Source: Candidatus Latescibacterota bacterium
GTDB lineage: Bacteria > Latescibacterota > UBA2968 > GCA-2709665
Direction: 5' to 3'
Length of the DNA stretch: 64,000 nucleotides
Assembly (NCBI GenBank): GCA_965205485.1
Contig: OZ242180.1
Span: forward strand, 288,001 to 352,000
Part shown: piece by piece, positions 1 through 9,007 of the stretch
Layout of the letters: every line of letters begins with the position of its first letter
Position numbering within the stretch: the stretch's first letter is position 1
Notes under the pieces: model-generated
The model's input: the letters and a program-made list of their open reading frames with translations, nothing else
What the model was told of the DNA's origin: nothing
Database searches by the model: none
Made by a program: the position numbers and the translations under genes

Positions 1-1
1 G

Positions 2-103
2 GTCGCGGACGACACCCTCTACGTCAGCCGGGACCGGGGCCTCACCTGGGCACCCGCGTGGAAAGCGTCCTCGAAAATCCGCATGATCGCGGTGCAGCAG
101 TAA
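2..103 (+). CDS. 3' end of an Asp-box/BNR-repeat beta-propeller protein (partial, starts before the window)
   Basis: Frame from position 2 reads VADDTLYVSRDRGLTWAPAW...QQ* and contains the Asp-box motif SxDxGxTW. Confidence 0.55.
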   Translation, partial: VADDTLYVSRDRGLTWAPAWKASSKIRMIAVQQ

Positions 104-195
104 CGAACCTGCCGTAGCCGGACGTCCGGACGAGGATCCCTTCTTCAACCGATCGCCCGGCCGCCCCACCCGCACCCTCTCAAACAGGAGTATCC

Positions 196-1131
196 ATGGC
201 TCACCATCACTTCGTCCCTGAAACCTACCACACGGCTATCGGCGCACACGACCCGGTGCTGAGCGTCGCCAGCGGAGACACCATCTCAACCACCACGGTT
301 GACGCGGGCGGAAGCGATGCCACGGGCAAGCCGATCACACCCGCCGGCAATCCCCAGACGGGACCCTTCTACCTGGAAGGCGCCGAGCCCGGCGATACGC
401 TGGCCGTTACCTTCGACAAACTGGCGCCCAACCGGAAGATCGGGTACACGTCGGGCGTTGTCGCCGCCAACGTCCTGGATTTCGGTTACATACCCGAATT
501 CGACGACAACCTCGGCCGCCTCCTGGATTGGGAAATTGACTACGAAAACAATACGGCCACGCCCGTCGGCTTCGATGAACTGCCCATCGGCAGGCTCCGG
601 ATCCCGCTGAAACCCATGGTGGGCTGCTTCGGGGTGGCGCCGCCACGCGGCCAGGCCATTTCCACCGCCACCTCCGATACCCACGGCGGCAACATGGACT
701 ACAGGGAATTTGTCCAGGGCGTAACCGTGTGCTTCCCCGTTTTCGTCGAGGGCGGCCTGTTCCACATCGGCGACGGCCACGCCGTGCAGGGCGACGGGGA
801 AATCGCGGGCACGGGCATCGAAATCTCCTTCGACGTGACCTTCACGCTGCGCCTCATCAAGGGAAAGACAATTCAGTGGCCCCGCGCAATTAACGACACC
901 CACGTGATGGCGGTGGGCAACGCCCGCCCGCTGGACCAGGCGACGCAGCACGCCACCACCGAGCTGATCCGGTTCCTCCAGGAAGACTTCGGCCTGGATG
1001 CCCGGTCCATTCACATCCTCATGGGCCAGGCCGTGGAATACGACGTGGGCAACGTCTACGACCCCGCGTACACCATGGTCTGCAAAATGCCCCTGGACAT
1101 CCTCGAAAGCATCGGTGCAAGCAGGCAATAG
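196..1131 (+). CDS. Acetamidase/formamidase family protein
   Basis: Motifs NPQTGPFYLEGAEPGD, HGGNMD, GDGHAVQGDGEIAGTGIE; AGGAG RBS upstream. Confidence 0.9.
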   Translation: MAHHHFVPETYHTAIGAHDPVLSVASGDTISTTTVDAGGSDATGKPITPAGNPQTGPFYLEGAEPGDTLAVTFDKLAPNRKIGYTSGVVAANVLDFGYIPEFDDNLGRLLDWEIDYENNTATPVGFDELPIGRLRIPLKPMVGCFGVAPPRGQAISTATSDTHGGNMDYREFVQGVTVCFPVFVEGGLFHIGDGHAVQGDGEIAGTGIEISFDVTFTLRLIKGKTIQWPRAINDTHVMAVGNARPLDQATQHATTELIRFLQEDFGLDARSIHILMGQAVEYDVGNVYDPAYTMVCKMPLDILESIGASRQ

Positions 1132-1327
1132 CCAAAAAAGCCACGGGGGGAATCCTGCCTGGTGGAGGACCCTGGCGCCGCACCCAGGGTACCAGTCTTG
1201 CAGACCCCCGGCGCCTGCTGCCATTGAGACGGGGATGGCGGCATTCCCTGGCCCGGAGCAGTCGACGAACTCCGGAATTCCGCATTCTTCCACCGCGTAC
1301 CCTCCAACCACCCCATAGTCAGGTATC

Positions 1328-2695
1328 ATGTCTCCGGACGAGAAGGCCCGCCTGAAAGACCTCGACCGCCGGCTGGTGTGGCATCCGTTCACCCAGATGC
1401 AAACCTACGCGCGTGAGGACCCCATTGTCATCGCGCGCGCGGACGGCGTCCGCCTGGAGGATATCGACGGCAACAGGTACCTCGACGGTTACTCGTCAAT
1501 GTGGTGCAACGTGTACGGTCACCGCGTCAAGGAAATCGACGACGCCGTTCGCGGACAACTGGACCAGGTCGCGCACAGCACTCTATTGGGTCTTTCCAAC
1601 GTCCCCGCGATCCGGCTGGCCGAAAAACTCGTGGAAATTACGCCCCGCGGCCTCAACCACGTGTTCTACTCGGACACCGGCGCGTGCGCCGTGGAAATCG
1701 CCCTTAAGATCGCCTTCCAGTACTGGCGGCAGAAACCGGATCCAAAACCGGAGAAGACGAGCTTTCTCAGCCTCGAGAAGAGCTATCACGGCGACACCGT
1801 CGGCGCCATGAGCGTGGGGAATATCGACCTCTTCCGCGAGGCGTACGGACCACTCCTCTTTCCGACGCAGAACGCGCCGTCGCCCCATCCGTACCGCTGC
1901 ACGTTCTGCGCAGGTGATCGCGGGTGCAACCAGGGTTGTCTGCGAGCAGTCGAAGAAATCCTGGAACGGGACGCCCACCGTATCGCCGCCTTCATTGTCG
2001 AACCGCTCATTCAGGGCGCGGGCGGGATGCTGGTCCATCCGGAGGGCTATCTGAAGGACATCGCCGACCTATGCAGGGCCCACGACGTCCTGCTCATCGC
2101 CGATGAAATCGCCACCGGCTTCGGCCGCACGGGCGCCATGTTCGCATGCGGGAAAGAAGGCGTCGCGCCGGACATTCTCTGCCTGGGCAAGGGCATCACC
2201 GGCGGATACCTGCCCGTGGCCGCCACACTCGCCACCAGCGAGATCTTCGATGCGTTTCTGGGCGAAGACATCGATGGCCGGACGTTTTTTCACGGCCACA
2301 CGTATACGGGCAATCCGCTCGGCTGCGCGGCGGCGCTGGCGGCCATCGAACGCTTTGAAACCCACGACGTACTGGCGTCTATGCGCCCCAAAATCGAGCA
2401 ACTCACGCGCCGGCTCGGCCGCTTCAGGTCCCTTGCCCACGTGGGCGACGTTCGCCAGTGCGGCTTCATCGCAGGCGTCGAACTGGTTGCCGACAGATCC
2501 GCCGGACGGCCGTATCCCCCCGCGGAGAGGATCGGCGCCAGCGTCTGCGGCGAAGCCCGAAAACGGGGTCTTCTCATCCGCCCGCTGGGCGACACCATCG
2601 TCCTCATGCCGCCCCTGGCCATTTCCGACCGCGATCTTGAAACGCTGCTGGATATCGTCTACGAGTCCATCAGCGTCGTGACGAACCCGGCCTGA
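1328..2695 (+). CDS. bioA: Adenosylmethionine-8-amino-7-oxononanoate aminotransferase
   Basis: VWHPFTQM, YHGDT, DEIATGFGRTG, PLP lysine in LGKGITGGYLP, HGHTYTGNP; adjacent to bioD. Confidence 0.93.
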   Translation: MSPDEKARLKDLDRRLVWHPFTQMQTYAREDPIVIARADGVRLEDIDGNRYLDGYSSMWCNVYGHRVKEIDDAVRGQLDQVAHSTLLGLSNVPAIRLAEKLVEITPRGLNHVFYSDTGACAVEIALKIAFQYWRQKPDPKPEKTSFLSLEKSYHGDTVGAMSVGNIDLFREAYGPLLFPTQNAPSPHPYRCTFCAGDRGCNQGCLRAVEEILERDAHRIAAFIVEPLIQGAGGMLVHPEGYLKDIADLCRAHDVLLIADEIATGFGRTGAMFACGKEGVAPDILCLGKGITGGYLPVAATLATSEIFDAFLGEDIDGRTFFHGHTYTGNPLGCAAALAAIERFETHDVLASMRPKIEQLTRRLGRFRSLAHVGDVRQCGFIAGVELVADRSAGRPYPPAERIGASVCGEARKRGLLIRPLGDTIVLMPPLAISDRDLETLLDIVYESISVVTNPA

Positions 2696-2808
2696 CCCGG
2701 CCCGCGCCAACTCGCGCAAGGCTGTCGAACGGCCGCCTTACGGCGGCCTGATGCATACTCTCGGCATACCAGCGCGGACTGGTCCGAATCTGCGGGAAAA
2801 ACACGATT

Positions 2809-3498
2809 ATGGGATCCAGGGGAGTCTTCGTTACCGCCACGGACACCGGCGCGGGCAAAACAGCCGTAACCGCCGGGATCGCGGCGTTGTTGCGCAGACG
2901 CGGCGTCGACGTGGGCGTTTTCAAGCCCGTCTCCTCGGGCGGAACGGCCGACGCGCGATTCCTGGCGAAAGCCGCGGACGTGGCCGATGCGCTCGAACTC
3001 GTCAATCCCGTCCGCCTCGCGGCGCCGCTATCGCCCAACGTTGCGGCCGAACTGGAAGGCCGCAAGGTCCCCCTGGAACCCATCGATGATGCCTACAGCC
3101 GCCTGACACGCCTTCACGATATCGTCCTGGTGGAGGGCGTGGGCGGCCTGCTGGTTCCCATTCGGGACGACTTTCTGGTCGCGGACCTTGCGCGCCGCCT
3201 GGATCTGCCCCTGCTGGTGGTCGCCCGCGCCGCGTTGGGCACGATCAACCACACTCTGCTGACGCTCGAAGCCGCCCACCGGCGCAACCAGCAGGTTATC
3301 GGCGTCGTCTACAACACGACCGGCCCCGGAGATCCGCGAGCCGCCCGCACCAGCCCGGAAGTGATATCCCGACTGTCCGGCGTCCGCTCCCTGGGCATCG
3401 TTCCCCATGATCCCGGCCTGGACGTGGATGCCGGAAACCCGGGATGCCTGCCCGACCTCATCGATCAACACGTGAACCTGGATGGCGTCTTCTTCTGA
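2809..3498 (+). CDS. bioD: Dethiobiotin synthase
   Basis: P-loop TATDTGAGKT, FKPVSSG, VEGVGG, LGTINHTLLT. Confidence 0.93.
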   Translation: MGSRGVFVTATDTGAGKTAVTAGIAALLRRRGVDVGVFKPVSSGGTADARFLAKAADVADALELVNPVRLAAPLSPNVAAELEGRKVPLEPIDDAYSRLTRLHDIVLVEGVGGLLVPIRDDFLVADLARRLDLPLLVVARAALGTINHTLLTLEAAHRRNQQVIGVVYNTTGPGDPRAARTSPEVISRLSGVRSLGIVPHDPGLDVDAGNPGCLPDLIDQHVNLDGVFF

Positions 3499-3533
3499 GT
3501 CCTGTCCAGGTCTTCCGCCTTCAGTTCACCGGC

Positions 3534-4340
3534 CTATCCTTTCTCCTGCTTCGCCACGCCGCGCGTTACCAGGTATTCGACAATCTTCGGGTTGATCAGA
3601 TGCAGCCAGGGCAGAAATCTGAGCTTGAAAGGAATGATCAGTTCCCGCTTCCTTTTCTTCATGGCTTCGATGATGGCCTGGCTGGCGTCGTCCAGAGAAA
3701 TGGACTCCTTGCTGTGCTTGCGGCTGGACGCGCCTAAAGAGCCGCCGTGCTTGCCGAAGGCCGCTTTGCGCAGATTCGTGCCCCGCAGCCAGTGGGGCAG
3801 CACCGTCAGGACGTCCACGCCGGTGTCGAGCAACTCCGTCCGCAGCGACTCGAAGAATCCCTGTACGGCGTGCTTGGATGCCACGTACCCGGTATGCATG
3901 GGGACGCCGATCTTTCCCTGGATGGAAGAGATCGCCACCACCATCCCGTCGCGCGCCTTCAGATGCGGGAGCGCGTAATACACGCAGTGCACGATGCCCA
4001 GGTAGTTCGTTTCCATCAACTTGCGAAAAATGGCCAGGTCTTCCACCTCGTCAAACCGCGCCCACATGCTGATGCCCGCACACGCAACCAGGTAGTCCAC
4101 GCCCCCGAACTCGGCAACCGCCGCGTCGATCCAGGCCTCGCAGTCCCCGGGTTTTCCGACGTCGCCCGTGGCCGTAACCGCGCGTCTGCCCCGCGCTCGA
4201 CACGCTTCCGCGGTATCCTGTACACCCTCGTCCAGGGCGAACAGGGCCAGGTCCGCGCCCTCGTCGGCGAACGCCAGCGCCAGAGTTGCCCCCAGGCCCG
4301 ATGAAGCGCCGGTTATCGCGACGATCTTTCCGTTGAACAT
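3534..4340 (-). CDS. Short-chain dehydrogenase/reductase, DHRS7B/PexRAP-like; candidate acyl/alkyl-DHAP reductase
   Basis: TGASSGLG, SSIQGK, catalytic YVASK; start taken at ATG 4340 (TTG 4352 is an alternative); substrate inferred from context. Confidence 0.85.
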   Translation of the reverse strand: MFNGKIVAITGASSGLGATLALAFADEGADLALFALDEGVQDTAEACRARGRRAVTATGDVGKPGDCEAWIDAAVAEFGGVDYLVACAGISMWARFDEVEDLAIFRKLMETNYLGIVHCVYYALPHLKARDGMVVAISSIQGKIGVPMHTGYVASKHAVQGFFESLRTELLDTGVDVLTVLPHWLRGTNLRKAAFGKHGGSLGASSRKHSKESISLDDASQAIIEAMKKRKRELIIPFKLRFLPWLHLINPKIVEYLVTRGVAKQEKG

Positions 4341-4360
4341 TAGGAAACCCAATCTCCAAA

Positions 4361-4387
4361 CAGCCGTCAGTTATCAGACGTCAGCTA
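4361..4387 (-). repeat. GCTGAYR heptamer array
   Basis: Minus strand reads tagctgacgtctgataactgacggctg; same family as 15978, 18884, 19458, 19672 and 50333. Confidence 0.7.
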
Positions 4388-4442
4388 AGAACAAAAACAA
4401 AACGAAAAAACCCCTTTTCCCAAAATTCCCTGCCTACGGCGT

Positions 4443-4496
4443 GTTCCTTTTGAAGCGACCAAAAGGAACCAAAAAGTCGCCGCTGGGCGCGGGGCC
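4443..4496 (-). repeat. Diverged inverted copy of the 4871-4933 hairpin motif
   Basis: Reverse complement ggccccgcgcccagcggcgactttttggttccttttg...caaaaggaac resembles 4871 ggccccgcgccgagcggcgccgttctttttggcccttttt. Confidence 0.65.
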
Positions 4497-4746
4497 TGCC
4501 TTATGCAGAGCGCGAATTTCCTTACTGGATCCGCATAGCACGTTGCCCTGCCAGCCACAGAAGAAGACCCATTTTCAGTGTGGGACGGAACCACGCGCTC
4601 TGCTCTGGAAGCACTCTGGAATGCAGTCGCGTTAGAAATCTGACTGGCCTGCCGAGTAAGAGCAGCAATCAGCCGCCAACTTAAGGCGAAAGGCGGCACC
4701 AACGCAAAACCGAGCGGTGGACATTCTCTCTCAGTAAAACCACCGA

Positions 4747-4938
4747 CCGCACGGTCGTGGTGAGGGGGGTTTTTCCGTGCAAATCCGTCCCGCACCCGTC
4801 GTATTGGGACACGGGGCGCTCAGGCCACCCAATTTCCATTTTCGCCACTGAGGTGATTCACGGAAAAACCGGCCCCGCGCCGAGCGGCGCCGTTCTTTTT
4901 GGCCCTTTTTCTTTGGCGAGAAAGAAAAAGGGCGTAAA
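4747..4938 (+). repeat. ~190-bp structured interspersed repeat, copy 1
   Basis: 4848-4938 is nearly identical to the reverse complement of 18538-18628; 4747-4797 matches the reverse complement of about 18681-18730. Confidence 0.9.
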
Positions 4939-5007
4939 AAATTAATAATAAATGATTTAGGATATAAATCACGTGGTCTAAAAGCGAGACTATTTAATCC
5001 TGATGCC

Positions 5008-6855
5008 TTAGCCTGTTTCTCCGAAAACGCCGTTCCGTATTCCAAATATATTTTTCGGATCCATCGCGTTTTTCGCCTGGCGCATGACCTGCATGCTGTT
5101 ATCGGTCTGGATCTGAGGCAGGAAGTCCCGCCGAACCTTGCCGACGCCATGGTGGTGCGACAACGACCCCCCGTTGTCAAGTATCACCTGCCGCAACTGG
5201 TGTTCGATCGCGTGAAACGTCCGGCCGGGTTGTTCCAGGCCCTTGCCGTAGATGCCCATGGTAAAATAGATGCAGACGCCCGTATGGTAGGTCTGCGTCA
5301 CCCTGTACGAGAGATAGGGTTTGCCGGGTACGTCGTGCTTGTCTGCCTGGGCGACCAGTTCGCCGGATACCGCATCGCACACCTGGTGAATCCGGTCCCA
5401 GGGCACGGACGTTTCGAAGGTTTCCCCGAGAATTCCGTACTGGTTCAGGAAGTCCCGGATATAGGCGATGCCGAACGTCAGCGAGTACCCCCTCTTGCCG
5501 TTGCTCGCGCCCGCGCTCTTTGCGCCGTATTTTTTCGCCAGGCTGAAAATCGTGCGTTCCTGCTGACCGACCTCGTCGTGCGTTCCCTCCATCACGATGG
5601 TACATGCCGCCATCTTCATGGGATCGAAACCCAGCAGCTTCAGCAGGACGAACTTCTGAATCCGGTCCTTGACGCTTTTAAGAAACGTCGGCGCCGGTTT
5701 CAGCGCCTGGCCGAACCGGAATTCGTTGTTGTTGACCAGGCGGATACTGGCGGGCAGCATACCGGTCTGCCGGAGCGCCTTCAGGTACGCGACGCCCTTC
5801 TCGAATGCCGGAAACACAAGCGCGCCGTACCTGCGAGTCTCCGGGATCGGATGGATCTTGATCACCGCCGTGGTGATGATTCCGAAATTGCCTTCGCTGC
5901 CGAAAAGCAGACCCCTGGGCTGAACGCCCGTGGAATTCCTGGGCGTCACAGCTCGTGTGGCAATCTCCCCGGTGGGCGTCACCAGCGTCGCCTCGAGTAC
6001 GATGTCTTCGATATTGCCGTAACGGTTCTTCTTCATCCCGCTCGCGTTGGTGGAGATCCACCCGCCCATCGTGGAGAGTTCCACGCTGTCGGGATCATGC
6101 CCCGACGTATACCCGCGCTCCCCCAGCGCCCGCTCCATCGCCTTCCCCGAAATGCCCGATTCGACGCAGGCCTGAAGATTGTCCTCGTCAATCCACACCA
6201 CCCGGTCCATGCGACGCATATCCACGGAAACGATCGTGCGCCGCTCATCGGGCGGACACGCCAGCGCCCCGCTCACGTTCGTCCCTCCGCCATAGGGCAC
6301 CAGGCAGACGTCGTGCGCATTCGCCAGGTCGATGATGGCCTTGACATCGGCCTCTTCCTTCGGATAGAACACCATATCGACCAGGCGCGGCAGCGAATCC
6401 CCGTACATCACCCGATACACTTCCTCAACGCTCAGTTGTCCGTGGCTGTGTACCAGCCTCGTTTTGGGATCGAACGAAACCTGTCCCTCGCCAAACTGCT
6501 CGTTCACCGCGTCGCCGAAGGCGTCGTCCACGTTCGGCTCGGGCGCTTCGACGTCCCCGCGTTCCGCGTACGAGTCTTCCCGCCGGATTGTAATCCCCAA
6601 CACGTCCTCCACAAAGTCCAGCAGAAACGGCATCCGATACCCCGAAATCGGGTACCTGCTCCCGGTTACCTTCACCGTCCGATCGCCTACGAACTCGAAG
6701 CGCGTATCCGTGTATCCCCACTTGTGGGGGAACCGTTCCCCCTCGGAGTGATCGAAAAAATCGTCCGTTTCGTTTCCGGATCGCCTCCGGTTCGACAGGT
6801 GCGCAAATATCAGGACAACGGCTACGGCAACCGCTGCTGCTCCCCAGTCAGGCAT
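5008..6855 (-). CDS. Alkyldihydroxyacetonephosphate synthase (AGPS/ADHAPS-like FAD-linked enzyme)
   Basis: PYGGGTNVS, GHDPDSVELSTMGGWISTNASGMKKNRYGNIED, GSEGNFG, FETSVPW, RVTQTY..GVCIYF, GGSLSHHHGVGK; hydrophobic N-terminal anchor. Confidence 0.9.
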   Translation of the reverse strand: MPDWGAAAVAVAVVLIFAHLSNRRRSGNETDDFFDHSEGERFPHKWGYTDTRFEFVGDRTVKVTGSRYPISGYRMPFLLDFVEDVLGITIRREDSYAERGDVEAPEPNVDDAFGDAVNEQFGEGQVSFDPKTRLVHSHGQLSVEEVYRVMYGDSLPRLVDMVFYPKEEADVKAIIDLANAHDVCLVPYGGGTNVSGALACPPDERRTIVSVDMRRMDRVVWIDEDNLQACVESGISGKAMERALGERGYTSGHDPDSVELSTMGGWISTNASGMKKNRYGNIEDIVLEATLVTPTGEIATRAVTPRNSTGVQPRGLLFGSEGNFGIITTAVIKIHPIPETRRYGALVFPAFEKGVAYLKALRQTGMLPASIRLVNNNEFRFGQALKPAPTFLKSVKDRIQKFVLLKLLGFDPMKMAACTIVMEGTHDEVGQQERTIFSLAKKYGAKSAGASNGKRGYSLTFGIAYIRDFLNQYGILGETFETSVPWDRIHQVCDAVSGELVAQADKHDVPGKPYLSYRVTQTYHTGVCIYFTMGIYGKGLEQPGRTFHAIEHQLRQVILDNGGSLSHHHGVGKVRRDFLPQIQTDNSMQVMRQAKNAMDPKNIFGIRNGVFGETG

Positions 6856-6941
6856 AACGGACTCCAGACGACCGCAAGCGGCCGTACCATACGTTTGCGA
6901 CAGCGCAATTCAATGACGGTTGTTCGGTACGTCCCGACGCA

Positions 6942-8882
6942 TCACCGGGAGGGCTCCGGATTCAGCAGGTTGGAAATATGCACCGCCTGAAGCAGATTGG
7001 CGGCTTCCAGCTGGATTCGCAGCGAGCGGCGACGCGGCAGCAACGTGGTTTCGCCCGGCATAGGGGGCAGGATCACCGCCTCGATCACACCCGGATTGAT
7101 ATTCAGATTGCGCGCCGGGCACTTCGGCCATAGCGCATGGCTGCCGCGAAATACGATGGGAATCATCACCACGTCCGCGGGGAGTTTCGCGAACAGCGCG
7201 TGCTGGAGCGGGAACAGCTGTACGTCGAACGAAGCCGTTGTGCCCATCGGATAGATCACCCCGGGGCGGTGTTCCATCTCCTGCAGGATGCGTGGAATCG
7301 TATGGGACGAGATATCCACGCTGTCTCTGGTGATGAAGCCGTCGACGGTTTCGAACATTCTGTCGAATTTGTCAGGGGACATTCCGAAGATGCTGATCTC
7401 GCGGGATCCGATCTTCACCGACGTCGACTTCGCCAGTCCCGTGCGGGCCAGTTGGACCACCGGACGGGAATGGTCCCACCCCATCGCATCCAGAAACACC
7501 GGGTCGTTGAAAACCGAAAACACAACGAAGTGCTCCAGCATGCTCTGGTGGGAAGGCAGGAACAGAATCCTCTGGCCGCCGCGGGAAAGTTCCATTTCCC
7601 GGACCAGTGTCCGGAACATCGGATCAATCGTCACTTCCAGCCGGATGCCGAAGGCATTCATCGTGTCGCGGGACCAATCCAGCCAGACTTCCCACGCGCG
7701 TTCGTGCCTTTGTGACGGCGTGAGGTCCTCTTCAGCGATCCGTTTCCGGCGCCGCCCAACCCGCCAGCAGCGCCTCGCCCACCGCACCATCCTCATTTTG
7801 CGCTGGAGGGACGTCAATTCCTCCGTGACGCCCACATGAGCATAGTCCAGAAATCGACCCGTATGAGAACCTGCCAGCAGCGGAGGGAGCGCCGTTTCAG
7901 TCAATCCGTCCCCGTCTCGAACCGCGGAATTCACCGCATCCACAATCCGGACGCTCAGATCGACCATATCCCGTGTCAGATAACTGTACGGCTGCCCGTA
8001 CCAGTAGTTCTCGGGCCGCAGACGGGCGGGGTCCTCCCGGTGCGCCGCGAGAAACTCCACGAGCATACTCCGGCACAGGTCCACGTCCGCCTTCAGGGAC
8101 GCCATGCGCTCCGCGTCCGAATCCTCCATCTGATACAGCCGTACGTCGGCGTCCGCGACCACCTTCCAGACCGAACTGCCGAACCATCCCAGGTTATTGT
8201 ACGTGTTGTAGCGCGTGGCAAGCAGTTCGCCGGCGGCAATCAGGTGCAAGGTCCGCTGCGCCACGTCTTCCAGGAGTTCACGGAGGGACCCGTTCCATGT
8301 ATCGCCATTCACCTCGCAGGCGTATTCGACCAGCCATCGCGGGTCCTCGTCCGTGGCAACGCTGGGCAGGGCTTCCGCAACGGCCCTGGCGTGGGACAGC
8401 GGCACCCTCGAGATCCTGGCCTGTGCCAACGCTGTCTCGGCCAGGTCGGGCGAGAAATCGTCCCCTTTTGCGAGCGCCTCAACGTATAGCGACTGGTACA
8501 GTTTCAGGAAATCCTGTCCCGTTCCGGCGCCGCTGCCGACGAATTCGTCCCGCAGCCGCAGGTAAATCCGGTTTCCCTCGTGGTAGGCCGGCGTCAGTTC
8601 GACGAAGTGGTCGTGCGCCTCCTTCAGCCTCCGGTCCCTCAGCGCCGGAACACCGACATAAATCGCGTCCACGATTCGCGCGCGCTTTCGCAGCCCTTCC
8701 AGGCCGACCTTATCCGCGCCGCCGGCCGGCCACGTCAGCTCCCCGGCCGTCCAGCCCTCGAAATAACCCTCGGGCTGAACCGCTTCGATCAACTCCGACG
8801 CGGCCTGATCGTACGCCGCACGCAGCCTGTCCGGATCCTGCAACAGCATCCGGTGCACCGGGACCGTCTTGTTTCGATCCAT
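6942..8882 (-). CDS. Atypical glycerolipid acyltransferase: large unknown N-terminal region plus C-terminal PlsC-like domain
   Basis: ILFLPSHQSMLEH (Hx4D-like, Hx4E) and VIYPMGT (FPEGT-like), followed by IPIVFRGS. Confidence 0.65.
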   Translation of the reverse strand: MDRNKTVPVHRMLLQDPDRLRAAYDQAASELIEAVQPEGYFEGWTAGELTWPAGGADKVGLEGLRKRARIVDAIYVGVPALRDRRLKEAHDHFVELTPAYHEGNRIYLRLRDEFVGSGAGTGQDFLKLYQSLYVEALAKGDDFSPDLAETALAQARISRVPLSHARAVAEALPSVATDEDPRWLVEYACEVNGDTWNGSLRELLEDVAQRTLHLIAAGELLATRYNTYNNLGWFGSSVWKVVADADVRLYQMEDSDAERMASLKADVDLCRSMLVEFLAAHREDPARLRPENYWYGQPYSYLTRDMVDLSVRIVDAVNSAVRDGDGLTETALPPLLAGSHTGRFLDYAHVGVTEELTSLQRKMRMVRWARRCWRVGRRRKRIAEEDLTPSQRHERAWEVWLDWSRDTMNAFGIRLEVTIDPMFRTLVREMELSRGGQRILFLPSHQSMLEHFVVFSVFNDPVFLDAMGWDHSRPVVQLARTGLAKSTSVKIGSREISIFGMSPDKFDRMFETVDGFITRDSVDISSHTIPRILQEMEHRPGVIYPMGTTASFDVQLFPLQHALFAKLPADVVMIPIVFRGSHALWPKCPARNLNINPGVIEAVILPPMPGETTLLPRRRSLRIQLEAANLLQAVHISNLLNPEPSR

Positions 8883-9007
8883 TTGTTGTCACTTCGGAAA
8901 AAAGCCGACAGACCGTCAATACATGATTCGGATTCGCCCTGTTCGCATCCCCGTCGCGTGAACATACGAGCGATGACGATTCTGAACCTCGAACCCCTCC
9001 ATCGCCG

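Noticed and set aside
1135..1275. SAM-I riboswitch or tRNA call
   Set aside because: Only a partial ggtggagg resemblance; the other SAM-I core motifs, and a tRNA T-loop and CCA pattern, are absent
5149..6990. 613-aa plus-strand ORF
   Set aside because: Antisense shadow of the AGPS gene, expected with GC-rich codon bias; no recognisable motifs
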